Below, piece after piece: positions 24,357-34,093 of a stretch of 64,000 bases of DNA. This DNA comes from Polyangiales bacterium (GTDB taxonomy: Bacteria > Myxococcota_A > Polyangia > Polyangiales > Polyangiaceae). The translations under genes and the position numbers were made by a program. The notes below the pieces were generated by a model. That model had not been told where the DNA came from, did no database searches, and worked only from the letters and a program-made list of their open reading frames with translations. The stretch spans positions 1 through 64,000 of the forward strand of contig JBBRNJ010000001.1 in the NCBI GenBank assembly GCA_038230375.1. The letters are read 5' to 3'. Positions within the stretch are counted from its first letter, which is position 1; the number at the start of each line of letters is the position of its first letter.

Positions 24357-25580
24357 GTGACCTGGTCCCCGAGAGACGAGGCGCTCTTCTGGCGCGTGAA
24401 TGACGAGGAGGTCGTGAACCGCATGGCGTCCCTGCATGTGGGGCGCCCGGTGGCTCTTCACCCGCGCGCTGCGGGCATGGTCGCGCTCATGCGACGCGCC
24501 GGCACCGCGAAGGACGCCATGGAGATCGCGTGGCGTGGCAACGCGGACCCGCTGCTTCGCACCCTCTTCGAGGACAGGCTCGTGGCCGTGCCACCGGCCG
24601 AGCTGCACGCGCGCGCCATCTACTTCGAGACGATCGCGCGGATGTTGCCCGTGACGGAGGAGTCACGCGCGGTGGAGGCCTGGGTGCGCTCGCTGGCTGC
24701 GTGGCTTGCTCTCCAGAAGGAGCGGAGCTACCTGACGGCGTTCGCCGCCGACGTCCTCGAAAAACCCACGCTCGAGGACACGCGGGTGGCCGTGGACCAT
24801 GCGTGGAGCGTCATCGCGCAGCTGTCGGAGGAGGCGCATGCAGGCGCATCCACGTTCGACCGCGAAGCTCGACTGCGCGTGCTGGTGCTGCGTGCAGCGC
24901 CGCGCGCCTGCGAGATCGCGGGCCTGTCCGCGAAGGAGGCGATGTCCGTGATGTCCCGAACGGAGGCCGCGTTGTCCGACGTGACGGACGAAGCACTGCG
25001 CCCCATCGCCGACGCCATGGAGACCGCGGAGGCGCGCAATGCGCCGCCGGAGGAGCGCGGTCGCATCCTGCATCGCGTGGCCGCCGCCTGGTATTTCTCG
25101 GCGTTCGATCCGATCGCCGAGCAGTTCGCCGTGGACCGCGCGACACCGATCGCGTGGGAGATCTATCGCGCGCCCGGGAACCAAAAGAACCGCGCGTTTC
25201 TGGAGCCCATGATGCCGCTCTACGACTCGCTCGCGCGACGCATCGCCAGCGACCCGCTTCATTTCGCGTACGCCGCGCGGTGCGCGGAGATCATGCTGTT
25301 CTACGCGGAGCTGGAGTCCACGCTCGAGGCGCAGATCCGCGGCGTGGAGCAGATCCTCAAGATCTGTCCCACGCACAGCAACGGACGGCTCGTGCTCTCG
25401 CAGTACCTCTGCACCAAGGCGCTGCGCGTGCTGACGGGCATCCCCACCTCCGCAAACATCGCGGAGGCGACCGCGATCGTCGACCGCGCGGAGAAGCTAC
25501 ATCCAGAGACGAAGCAGATCGCGACCGTGAAGGCACGGCTGGATGAGGCGAAGGGCCTTGGAAAGTTCATCGGACGATAG
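24357..25580 (+). CDS. Hypothetical helical (TPR-like) protein
   Basis: Long Ala/Glu/Arg-rich helical ORF that abuts the next gene. Confidence 0.7.
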   Translation: MTWSPRDEALFWRVNDEEVVNRMASLHVGRPVALHPRAAGMVALMRRAGTAKDAMEIAWRGNADPLLRTLFEDRLVAVPPAELHARAIYFETIARMLPVTEESRAVEAWVRSLAAWLALQKERSYLTAFAADVLEKPTLEDTRVAVDHAWSVIAQLSEEAHAGASTFDREARLRVLVLRAAPRACEIAGLSAKEAMSVMSRTEAALSDVTDEALRPIADAMETAEARNAPPEERGRILHRVAAAWYFSAFDPIAEQFAVDRATPIAWEIYRAPGNQKNRAFLEPMMPLYDSLARRIASDPLHFAYAARCAEIMLFYAELESTLEAQIRGVEQILKICPTHSNGRLVLSQYLCTKALRVLTGIPTSANIAEATAIVDRAEKLHPETKQIATVKARLDEAKGLGKFIGR

Positions 25581-25991
25581 ATGCGAGAGAACCCGTTCGA
25601 GAAGTTCGATATCGATCCGCGGAGCAGCACGGCGCAGATCACGGCCCGCTTCCGTGAGCTCGTGCAGGACGCACGCACGGAGGACGCCAAGGCTGTCCTG
25701 CGCGCAGCGTGGGAGGAGCTCACGCTGCATCCGCGCGACAGGCTGCGCGCGGCCATGGCCACATTCCCCGAGACCCGTGAAGAGATCCCGCTTGGTGTCG
25801 ACGCGGTCTTGCCGAAGGCCGTGCCGCTCGCGACCCACGATCTGGACCTCACCGACCTGCTCGCGCCGCCCACGGTGCTCTCCGCGCTCGGCGCGGCATC
25901 CGCACCGACGGACGCGCCCGAGACGCTGATGACCGATGCCGTGCTCTCGGCGGTCCTGGGCGCGCGCCTAACCGACAGCGGCAAGCGCTGA
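25581..25991 (+). CDS. J-domain-like protein lacking the HPD motif
   Basis: NPFEKFDIDP...QITARFREL...AAWEEL follows the J-domain helix pattern. Starts immediately after the previous stop. Confidence 0.6.
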   Translation: MRENPFEKFDIDPRSSTAQITARFRELVQDARTEDAKAVLRAAWEELTLHPRDRLRAAMATFPETREEIPLGVDAVLPKAVPLATHDLDLTDLLAPPTVLSALGAASAPTDAPETLMTDAVLSAVLGARLTDSGKR

Positions 25992-27038
25992 CCACGTCGC
26001 CAGCACCTCTTCGAGCGAAGGGCGTTGCTCGCGCTCGGCCGAGAGCATCGTCATGACGCTCGTAGCGACCGCGGCAGGCGCGTCAGGGCAGAGGCCGGCA
26101 AGGTCCGTGATGGTGCCCTTCGCGGCGTTCTTCACGATCTGCGCGTACGACTTGCCGGGCACGGGCTGCGCGCCGGAGAGACACTCGTAGGCGATCGCGC
26201 CGATGGCCCACACATCTGCGCGACCGTCGACGGACGAGTCGCCGAAGAGCTGCTCTGGCGCCATGTAGTGCGGCGTGCCGAGCACAGCGCCCGTACGCGT
26301 GAGCTTGTCGGCGGACGCGTCCGTGCCGTCGGGCGACAGCAGCTTCGCCAGTCCAAAGTCGAGGACGATGGTGACGGGCGGCCCGCCGTCGTTGTCGGCG
26401 AGGAACACGTTCTCGGGCTTCAGATCGCGGTGAATCACGCCGCGCGCGTGCGCCGCTGCCATGCCGTCGAGCACGGGCAGCATGATCTTCAGCATTTCGC
26501 GCCACGGCAGCTTGCTGCGCTCGCGAAGCAGGCTCCCGAGCGAGCACCCGACAAGGAGAGGCATGACGAGGATGGGCGCGCCACCCGGGTTCTGCATCAC
26601 CACGTCGAGCACCTCCAGCAACGCGGGGTGGCCCACGTGCGTGGCCGCGCGCGCCTCGCGCATCGATCGACCCGCGAGCTCGGGCGAGGCCTCCTTCAGG
26701 ATCTTCAGCGCGACCTCGTGCGCGCGGAGCGTGTCCTTTGCAGCCCACACGACGCCCATGCCGCCCTCGCCTACCTGACGCAAGAGGAGGTAGCGCGACG
26801 CGACCAGATCGCCCTCGCCCAGTACGGCGGCTGCCGCAGGCATCACACTCGATACGGTGCGCGCATACGGCGTACCCGAGAGCTGCACGACGTCCCCGGA
26901 GTCATCGACGGCACGCGCGTAGGCAGCGACGAGCTCGCGACAGCTTGCGCAGGTGTCCAGGTGCAGATCGACGGCCACGGAGAGGCGCACGCCCTCCTCG
27001 AACAGGTCCGTCAGCGTCTCCAGCGTGAGGCAACCCAC
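25968..27038 (-). CDS. Ser/Thr protein kinase with an N-terminal zf-HC2 (anti-sigma-like) motif
   Basis: HLDTCASC, GEGGMGVV, VALK, HRDLKPEN, DFGLAK and GTPHYMAPE motifs. GTG 27038 is favoured by an upstream TATGCT (alternative ATG 27050). Confidence 0.92.
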   Translation of the reverse strand: MGCLTLETLTDLFEEGVRLSVAVDLHLDTCASCRELVAAYARAVDDSGDVVQLSGTPYARTVSSVMPAAAAVLGEGDLVASRYLLLRQVGEGGMGVVWAAKDTLRAHEVALKILKEASPELAGRSMREARAATHVGHPALLEVLDVVMQNPGGAPILVMPLLVGCSLGSLLRERSKLPWREMLKIMLPVLDGMAAAHARGVIHRDLKPENVFLADNDGGPPVTIVLDFGLAKLLSPDGTDASADKLTRTGAVLGTPHYMAPEQLFGDSSVDGRADVWAIGAIAYECLSGAQPVPGKSYAQIVKNAAKGTITDLAGLCPDAPAAVATSVMTMLSAEREQRPSLEEVLATWSALAAVG

Positions 27039-27045
27039 CCGGAAC

Positions 27046-27064
27046 AGCATACACGAGCTATGCT
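27046..27064. promoter_or_regulatory. Back-to-back divergent -10 hexamers (AGCATA-N7-TATGCT)
   Basis: Perfect inverted repeat. Each TATGCT lies 6-7 nt before a GTG start of the flanking divergent genes. Confidence 0.65.
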
Positions 27065-27070
27065 CCTCTC

Positions 27071-27880
27071 GTGGAGCGCGCCGAGCGCACGATCGATGAG
27101 GCCTTTGCGGAGGCTGCGCGCGCATGGCCGAACGTGTCGGTCGATGCGGGACGTTTCTCTGCGGAGCTAGCGAGCCGGGCTGCCTCGAGCGGCACGCGTC
27201 CAGGAGAGCTCCACGTGGAAGACGTGTACCTGGCCGTGGCGTGTGCACAGGGGGATCGCGCTGCGCTTCTGCACTTCGAAGGCGCGCTCATCCCGGAGGC
27301 GGGGCGCGCGCTCTCCAGGTTGCGGCTGCCGCGCGCCGAGGTGGACGAGATGCTCCAGCGCATCCGGGAGAAGCTCCTGGTACGCACGGATGCCGAGCCG
27401 CTCATCGCGTCCTACTCGGGCAAGGGGGCGCTTGCGGCCTGGGTACGTGCAGTCGCCGTCCGTGAGGCGCTCACGGAAAAAAGGAAGGCCGCGCGGCGGG
27501 GCGCGGAGGTGAGCGAGAGCGGGCTCGCGGACCTGGCCGCACGCGGCGACCCGGATCTGGAGCAGATCCGCGCGAGATACGCGGAGCCATTCAAGGCGGC
27601 GTTCCGTGATGCGCTCGCTGCATTGCCGCCGCGTGATCGCAACCTGCTGCGCATGACCTACGTGGACGGCCTGACCGCGGAACAGGTCGGCCTCGCGTAC
27701 GGCGTTCATCGCGTGAGCGTGGCGCGCTGGATCGGTTCGGTCCGCGCCGCGCTGTTCGAGAACACACGCGACACCCTCGCGAAGCGCCTGGCAGTCTCGC
27801 ACGACGAGCTCCACAGCCTCACGCGCATGTGCCTGAGCCAGCTCGACGTCAGCATCGAGCGACTGCTCGCCCCGTCGTGA
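27071..27880 (+). CDS. ECF-type sigma-70 factor, myxobacterial family
   Basis: DVYLAVACAQGD, YSGKGALAAWVR and region-4 HTH LPPRDRNLLRMTYVDGLTAEQVG...SVARW. Confidence 0.88.
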   Translation: MERAERTIDEAFAEAARAWPNVSVDAGRFSAELASRAASSGTRPGELHVEDVYLAVACAQGDRAALLHFEGALIPEAGRALSRLRLPRAEVDEMLQRIREKLLVRTDAEPLIASYSGKGALAAWVRAVAVREALTEKRKAARRGAEVSESGLADLAARGDPDLEQIRARYAEPFKAAFRDALAALPPRDRNLLRMTYVDGLTAEQVGLAYGVHRVSVARWIGSVRAALFENTRDTLAKRLAVSHDELHSLTRMCLSQLDVSIERLLAPS

Positions 27881-27887
27881 CGGGCTC

Positions 27888-28862
27888 CTAGGGCAACTTC
27901 ACGGCCCAGCCCAGGCCGCCGCCGTCGACGCCGGGACGCGTGGGATCGGGGCGCGTGAGGAAGTACGTGGTGGTGGCTGCGCCCGCGACCACGGCGCCCG
28001 CGGCCGTCCAGAACCACCACCGACGGAAGATGCTGGGCTGCTCGAGGGCGAGCTTGGCGCGCAGGTCCGTCTTCTGACCGGCCTTCAGCGTGGCGTCCGA
28101 TTCGTACGGGACGAAGCCCGCCTTCTGCACCTTCACATGGTACGTCCCGGATGGGCGCGAGAGGCGCACGGGCGCAACGCCCACGTCGATCCCGTTGACG
28201 GTCACGACCGCGTCGTCCTTGTCCGCGCCGATATCCAGCGTGGCGGAAAGCTTCTCGATCGCGAGCTCCACGTCGCGGGTCTCGCCTGGGCGTATGGTGA
28301 GGTTCTGCACGGCGTCGCCGAAGCCCTCGCGCGCGACCGTGAGGACATGCGAGCCAGGATCGAGCACGGCCCGCAGCGCTCCTGGCACGTGAGCGTCCTT
28401 GTCAGCCGCAACGGCAGCGCCGTCGATCGTCACGGTCGCATCGATCGGAGTGACGCGGAGGGTGAGCGTGGCGACGAGCCCGTCGATCTCGTGGATGAAG
28501 CGCTGGACGTCCGCCACCGTCGCATCCGGGAGCGTCGCATCGGGACGGCGGTCCACGAGCGCACGCGAGAACGTCGCGCGCGCCCGAACGTACTGCCCGA
28601 GCGCGCGTTCGCACACGCCAATGTTGTACGTGGTCCACGGATGCGGACGAAGCTTGGCCGACCGCTCGAACGCGGCCAGCGCGGCGCCCCACTGCAGGTC
28701 CGCCGCGAACGCGGAACCTTGCTTGAACGCGTCACGCGCAACATCCGTGTCGTCGCCCTTCGCGGCACCAAGAGGCGCCCCCCCATCCGCTGCGCGCGCG
28801 ATGGAAGGCCCGACGACCCAGAGCAGCGACACCACGACAAGGGCTGCGCGAGAGAGCTTCAC
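27888..28862 (-). CDS. TPR and PEGA domain protein
   Basis: Signal peptide, TPR (YNIGVCERALG), two PEGA-like repeats and a C-terminal RRWWFW membrane segment. Confidence 0.85.
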   Translation of the reverse strand: MKLSRAALVVVSLLWVVGPSIARAADGGAPLGAAKGDDTDVARDAFKQGSAFAADLQWGAALAAFERSAKLRPHPWTTYNIGVCERALGQYVRARATFSRALVDRRPDATLPDATVADVQRFIHEIDGLVATLTLRVTPIDATVTIDGAAVAADKDAHVPGALRAVLDPGSHVLTVAREGFGDAVQNLTIRPGETRDVELAIEKLSATLDIGADKDDAVVTVNGIDVGVAPVRLSRPSGTYHVKVQKAGFVPYESDATLKAGQKTDLRAKLALEQPSIFRRWWFWTAAGAVVAGAATTTYFLTRPDPTRPGVDGGGLGWAVKLP

Positions 28863-28907
28863 GGAAACCGAGCCTACCTCGCGAAGATCGCCACGCCAAC
28901 CGAGAGC

Positions 28908-30245
28908 TCAGTACGGCGTGCCGAGAAGCTTCGGAGCCCCTGAGGAAGAAGAAGAAGCAGGGACAATCCTGGGTGCATCGCGCCGGATTGAAGAGGGAGA
29001 GGCTGAGGAAAAAGCGGACGGAGATGCCAGGGGCGAGGGCGAGGGCGAAGTCGAAGTCGAAGTCGAAGTCGAAGTCGAAGTCGAAGTCGAGGTCGACGTC
29101 GGTGTCGAGGTCGAGGTCGAAGTCGAAGTCGAAGTCGAAGTCGAAGTCGACGTCGGTGTCGACGTCGTCGTCGCCAACCGCAGGCTCGTCGTTCCTCTCC
29201 GCAGCCCCAGCGCCAGCACCACCATTCCCACTGCGAGCACCACCGCCGCTCGGATCACCCACGGCGAGAGACGCCTTCCCGTCGGCTGCGTCCCTTGCAG
29301 ATCCCGCGTCGCCGGCGGTGGTGTGCCCTGCTTCTGCATCACCGCGGCGCGGTGCTCCTCTCGCGCGACCGGCACGTGTGCGTCACGCCCCAGATCACCC
29401 AGCGCCTTCAATGAGGCGAGCACAAGGGTGGCGGACGCGGGCCGCTCCGAGGGCTCCACCGACAACAGCTTGTCGACGATCGCGGCGAGCGGCGCAGGGA
29501 GATCGTGCATCAGCACGCCGATCGGCTTTATTTTCCCTGTCGCGAGCGCCTTCAGGATCTGACCCAGGTTCTGGCCGTCCGTCGGCAAGCCACCGGAGAG
29601 GCACTCGTACATCACCGCGCCGACGGAGAAGAGGTCCGCACGAAGGTCTACCTCGGTCTCGCCGAACGCCTGCTCCGGCGACATGTAGTGCGGCGTGCCG
29701 ACCATCGCGCCGCTCTCGGTGAGCCGGTGCGTCTCCTTGGTGGGCCCCTCGTTCCCGCGTAGCTTGGCGATGCCGAAGTCCAGGAGCTTCACGGCGCCCG
29801 ACGTCTCCAGGAACACGTTGTCGGGCTTGAGGTCGCGATGCACAACGCCCACGCCGTGCGCCACCACCAGTGCGGACAGGACCTCCGTGGCAACGCGCAC
29901 GGTCTCCGCTGGCGACAGCGTGTGCTCACGCTCGAGCCGCTGCGCGAGCGACTCGCCTTGCAGCAGATCCATCACGAGGATCGGCATTCCCTCTTCCGAC
30001 TCGAGCACGTCGTGCACGGCGACCACGTTCGGATGCGACACGGCGCACGCTGCACGCGCCTCACGCAGTGCGCGACGCTGTGCGCCTTCGTCTGCGCCGG
30101 AGCCGCCCGCCCGCTTCTTCACGAACTTCAGCGCGAGCGTCTTCTTCGTGATTTCGTGCGTCGCCGCCCACACTTCGCCCATGCCGCCCTGCCCGAGGCA
30201 GCGCTCGAGGCGATATTTCTGGGCGACGATGTCTCCTGCCTGCAT
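28908..30245 (-). CDS. Membrane Ser/Thr protein kinase with a Thr/Ser-repeat tail
   Basis: GQGGMGEV, LALK, HRDLKPDN, DFGIAK and GTPHYMSPE motifs, a TM helix and a (TS)n tail. Confidence 0.93.
   Translation of the reverse strand: MQAGDIVAQKYRLERCLGQGGMGEVWAATHEITKKTLALKFVKKRAGGSGADEGAQRRALREARAACAVSHPNVVAVHDVLESEEGMPILVMDLLQGESLAQRLEREHTLSPAETVRVATEVLSALVVAHGVGVVHRDLKPDNVFLETSGAVKLLDFGIAKLRGNEGPTKETHRLTESGAMVGTPHYMSPEQAFGETEVDLRADLFSVGAVMYECLSGGLPTDGQNLGQILKALATGKIKPIGVLMHDLPAPLAAIVDKLLSVEPSERPASATLVLASLKALGDLGRDAHVPVAREEHRAAVMQKQGTPPPATRDLQGTQPTGRRLSPWVIRAAVVLAVGMVVLALGLRRGTTSLRLATTTSTPTSTSTSTSTSTSTSTSTPTSTSTSTSTSTSTSTSTSPSPSPLASPSAFSSASPSSIRRDAPRIVPASSSSSGAPKLLGTPY
29035..29172. repeat. Hexanucleotide tandem repeat (GAAGTC/GAGGTC)n inside the kinase gene
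   Basis: About 20 near-identical 6-mers visible directly. They encode (TS)n on the - strand. Confidence 0.95.
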
Positions 30246-30247
30246 CG

Positions 30248-30847
30248 TCAGCTCGCGATGGTGAGGAGCGCTGTCCAGTCGTTCTTCCGATCCTCGGAGC
30301 GAAACGGCACGCGGTAGCTCGCCGCGCATGCGGGCACACGCGCGGGCATCCAGAACGCGCAGGCGCCCACCAGCGTGTCCGACTTGCACATCGAAGATAT
30401 GGCGCTGCCTCCTGCAAACAGGTCCACCGGGACAGGCACGCTCCACTCGCGGATGCGCGGGATGGCGGGGAGGTTGAACGTGTCGATGTCAGTGCGCTCG
30501 AGCGCAGACACCTGGAGCTGCCCGGCCCGCTCCACTGTGCCGAAGAGCTCGGCCACGCCCTTGCCGTCGTTCTCTTCGACCGCGAGCACCAGCACCACAT
30601 AGGTCCCCGATGATCCACGCGGGAGCGCGCAGGCGGGGAGCGCGACCGCATCACTCAGCGCACGGCACGGTGCGTTCTTCGTGACGACGAACCTGTGCAG
30701 GCTTCGCCCGAAGGTCCGCGCCATGGCTCCGTCATGCCAGTACGCGCCGACGATCAGCACGGGATCAGGATGGCCGCGGAACAGCCCATCATGCCCGCGC
30801 GCGATCTCCAGCGCGTCGACGGTTCCACTGAAGGACGGTGTGCTCAT
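30248..30847 (-). CDS. Hypothetical protein
   Basis: ORF from MSTPSF that ends 2 nt before the kinase start. Confidence 0.6.
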   Translation of the reverse strand: MSTPSFSGTVDALEIARGHDGLFRGHPDPVLIVGAYWHDGAMARTFGRSLHRFVVTKNAPCRALSDAVALPACALPRGSSGTYVVLVLAVEENDGKGVAELFGTVERAGQLQVSALERTDIDTFNLPAIPRIREWSVPVPVDLFAGGSAISSMCKSDTLVGACAFWMPARVPACAASYRVPFRSEDRKNDWTALLTIAS

Positions 30848-31017
30848 GACCCACCTGAGAAGTACCGGCAGCGTGGAGCAGAGGCAAGCGGTGGGCGTGT
30901 GCCAACCCTTGCCACCAGAGCCTCCGCGATCGGGGCGGTGATGCCCACAATGCTTCATTCCTCGGTGAATCGCGCCGGCACGAACGCTGCGCTGAGGAGC
31001 TGCGAAGGACGTGAATC

Positions 31018-31716
31018 GTGAAATCACAAATCGCAGTGGGCGCACTGGTGCTGATGCTGGTGTCGGCGGGTTGCCTTGGACGAACCGGAGTCGTCGACGG
31101 CGGCGATCAGTCCGACGGTGGCCCCCCACTCAGCTACTTCTGGGACAGCGGACCCGACTATGGGTGGGACAGCGGGCCCGATCCCTACCCGAGCGACTGG
31201 GACAGCGGACCCGATCCCTATCCGTACGACGCCGGGCCCGATCCGTTCGACGACGGTGGTCCGGGGATCTCCGATGCGGGGCCTCCGCCGAAGGACGGCG
31301 GGCCGAAGCATGATGCGTGCGCGTTGCTCGCGTTCTACGCGGATGCCGATGGCGACGGCTTCGGTGATCCGCTGGTCGCCGTGCTCGCGTGCTCCGCGCC
31401 CGCTGGCTACGTGGCAAACTCGCTCGATTGTTACGACGGCAACGCGACCGCCCGTCCAGGACAGGCGTCGTACTTCACGACCGACCGCGGCGACGGCAGC
31501 TTCGACTACGACTGCAACGGTGGAGCGGACCAGGAGCTGCGCACGAGCGATCCCAAGTTCTGCGTGTGCGGCGTGCAGGGCGCGATCGGCTGCTCGGTCT
31601 CCACTGGCTGGCGCGCACCCGTCCCCGCATGCGGCGAGAGCGCTGATTTCGCAGTCGGTGGCGACGGAAAGACCTGCGACGCGATCGTCGTGTCGGTGAC
31701 GCAGCCCTGTCGCTGA
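31018..31716 (+). CDS. Lipoprotein with WDSGPD repeats and a putative metal-binding DxDGDG motif
   Basis: SAGC lipobox, WDSGPD x3, FYADADGDGFGDP...C..PAGYV..DCYD and DYDCNG. Confidence 0.8.
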   Translation: MKSQIAVGALVLMLVSAGCLGRTGVVDGGDQSDGGPPLSYFWDSGPDYGWDSGPDPYPSDWDSGPDPYPYDAGPDPFDDGGPGISDAGPPPKDGGPKHDACALLAFYADADGDGFGDPLVAVLACSAPAGYVANSLDCYDGNATARPGQASYFTTDRGDGSFDYDCNGGADQELRTSDPKFCVCGVQGAIGCSVSTGWRAPVPACGESADFAVGGDGKTCDAIVVSVTQPCR

Positions 31717-31776
31717 CGCCTCAGAGAAACCTGCAAACCATGCATGACGCGCGTGAGTCCGCTAGAAGCATGAGCC

Positions 31777-32646
31777 ATGAGTGAGAACCAACCGCAGGTC
31801 GACTACTGGAATGGCGACGCCGGCAAGATGTGGGCGAAGAACCAGGCCGTCCTCGACGGAAACATGGAGCAGCTGTCAGAGGTCGCGCTCGCGAGCGCTG
31901 CCCCGAAGCCCGGCGAGCACGTGCTGGACGTCGGATGTGGAGCAGGCGATACGACCCTGGCGCTCACGCGGATGATCACGGCGGGCGGCGCGCCGGGCCG
32001 CATGCTCGGCGTGGATGTCTCCGAGCCGATGCTCGTACGTGCGCGGGAGCGTGCGGCGGAGCGCAGCTTTCCGGAAGGCGCGCTTGGCTTCCTGAACGCG
32101 GATGCCGCGGCGCACGAGTTCGGGCCGGGGTCGTTCGATCTGGTCTTCTCGCGGTTCGGCGTCATGTTCTTCGCGGATCCGGTGCGCGCGTTCAAGAACC
32201 TGGCGCGCGCCACGCGACCATCGGGTCGCCTGCTGTTCATGTGCTGGCGTTCGATGAAGGAGAACGCGTGGTCCCACGCGCCGCTCGAGGTGGTGCGTCC
32301 GCTGCTGCCAGAGATGCCGCAGCCCCCGCCCGATGCGCCCGGGCCGTTCGCGTTCGCCAGCGAAGCGCGCGTCCGCGGGATCCTCACCGAGGCCGGCTTT
32401 TGCGACATCACGTTCACCGCCGCTGATCGCCCGATGGTGCTCGGCGCGACCGCCGCGGAGGCCACCGAGTTCGCGCTGACGATCGGACCCACGGCGCGCG
32501 CGCTGCGTGAGCTGGGCACGCCCGAGGTGACGGCGACCGCGCGCGAGAAGCTCACGACGCTGTTCCAGGCCTACGCGCAAGACGGCGTTGTCGCGCTGCC
32601 GGCGGGTGTGTGGCTGGTGAGCGCGCGCTTCGGCCGGCCGGGATGA
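31777..32646 (+). CDS. Class I SAM-dependent methyltransferase
   Basis: VLDVGCGAG, GVDVSEPML, FDLVFSRFGVMFF and PGPFAF motifs. Confidence 0.93.
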   Translation: MSENQPQVDYWNGDAGKMWAKNQAVLDGNMEQLSEVALASAAPKPGEHVLDVGCGAGDTTLALTRMITAGGAPGRMLGVDVSEPMLVRARERAAERSFPEGALGFLNADAAAHEFGPGSFDLVFSRFGVMFFADPVRAFKNLARATRPSGRLLFMCWRSMKENAWSHAPLEVVRPLLPEMPQPPPDAPGPFAFASEARVRGILTEAGFCDITFTAADRPMVLGATAAEATEFALTIGPTARALRELGTPEVTATAREKLTTLFQAYAQDGVVALPAGVWLVSARFGRPG

Positions 32647-32653
32647 TCGACGA

Positions 32654-33955
32654 CTATTCCGCTTCGGGGGCGTGCTCGATCTTCATCGGCATGTCCTTCG
32701 ACGCGTCCTTCGCGGGCGCCTTCACCGATGCGTGCTCCTCGAAGGGGCGCGAATGGCCAAGGCTCACTGCCGCGTGCACCACCTCCGAAGCAGCCGCAAC
32801 ATGAACGTCGCTGGAGGACGCACGCACGGGGATGTGCGCGAGCGCCTGCCGCAGCTCCGACAGCGAAGAGATCGCCGGTGCGTCCTTGCCACCCTTGCCT
32901 GGCGCGGGCTCCTCCTCCACGATCGTGCCGCCCACGCTCTTCGTGAACGCCTTGAGCTTGGCCTGGTCCGTCACGCCGTTGACGTTGACGATCGCGACCT
33001 TGCCAGGCCCCTGGTGGAGGTCGTTTCGGAAGTCATAGACCGCCCCGACGATCGTGAGCACGCCGCGCGATAGCTCGTCGTCGAACTTCACGACGGCCGC
33101 CGCGACCTGATCGTTCACGTTGTCCACGACCGCGTCCATCCACAGCTTCGGATCGTCGTCCTTCACGCCTTCCTTGCGCTGCGGGACGTGCAGCGAAGAC
33201 AGCTCGTGGCTGATCGCGTCGCTCTCCTTGCTGTAGTCCCCCATCGCCGCCTTCACGGCGCCGCAGCCCGTGTGGCCCAGGACGAAGAGCACCGGCGTGT
33301 GCAGGTGATGGATGCCGTACTCGACCGACCCCTCGGAGTTTCCGAGCTGGTTGCCGATGTTGCGGATCATGAAGTCGTCGTTCTCCGCGGTGGTGTCGAA
33401 GGCGGAGGTCTGGACGCGCGAATCCGAGCACGTGATGACCGTGGCGCGCGGCGTCTGTGCGGCAGCGAAGTCCTTGAAGAACCCCACGTCGTGCTTCTGC
33501 ATGTACTTCGCATTGTCGGCCAGCACGTCGCGAAGGAAGCCGCGTGTGAGCGCGAGCGGGTCGCGATGGCCCTCGATGAAGGGCACGTCGTATTCCTTCT
33601 TGGAGAGGAGATCGCTCGGGTCCGCAGCGGAGCCATGAGGCTCCTGGCTGGCTCCCGGGCCGCGCGAGTCCTCCGCGTGCCCCTTCTCGACATGGGCGAG
33701 CTTCTCGTCGTCCGCACGGGACTCCGATTCGTGCTTCGCCTTGGCCTTCGCCTTGGCCTTTGCGCCGTCTGCGGGCTTCTTCGCGGACTTCTCGTGCGCC
33801 TTCTCGTGCGGCTTCTCGTCCTTGTCCTCGCCTTCGGAGTGCTCTTCCTTCGAGCCCTCGGCCGAGCTACTGCCCTCTTCGGAGTCCGGATGCTTGCACG
33901 CGGCGGACGCGAAGAGCGCCACGAGGACCAGCAGTTTCTTGGCGGTGCTTCGCAT
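32654..33955 (-). CDS. Beta-class carbonic anhydrase with a lipoprotein signal and charged extensions
   Basis: Zn ligands CSDSR and HTGCG, RNIGN, GSVEYG, and N-terminal lipobox ASAAC. Confidence 0.9.
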   Translation of the reverse strand: MRSTAKKLLVLVALFASAACKHPDSEEGSSSAEGSKEEHSEGEDKDEKPHEKAHEKSAKKPADGAKAKAKAKAKHESESRADDEKLAHVEKGHAEDSRGPGASQEPHGSAADPSDLLSKKEYDVPFIEGHRDPLALTRGFLRDVLADNAKYMQKHDVGFFKDFAAAQTPRATVITCSDSRVQTSAFDTTAENDDFMIRNIGNQLGNSEGSVEYGIHHLHTPVLFVLGHTGCGAVKAAMGDYSKESDAISHELSSLHVPQRKEGVKDDDPKLWMDAVVDNVNDQVAAAVVKFDDELSRGVLTIVGAVYDFRNDLHQGPGKVAIVNVNGVTDQAKLKAFTKSVGGTIVEEEPAPGKGGKDAPAISSLSELRQALAHIPVRASSSDVHVAAASEVVHAAVSLGHSRPFEEHASVKAPAKDASKDMPMKIEHAPEAE

Positions 33956-34093
33956 GGTTTTTTACCCACAAGGTGGAACGGCACACCCTGCAGGATCTTG
34001 AGGCGCAACCTTCCAAGGACGCACGCCAGACGCTGGTGCGATGGGCCAAAAATTCGCGCACGGCGGATTCTCAGCGAGATAGGCTGCCGCTCG

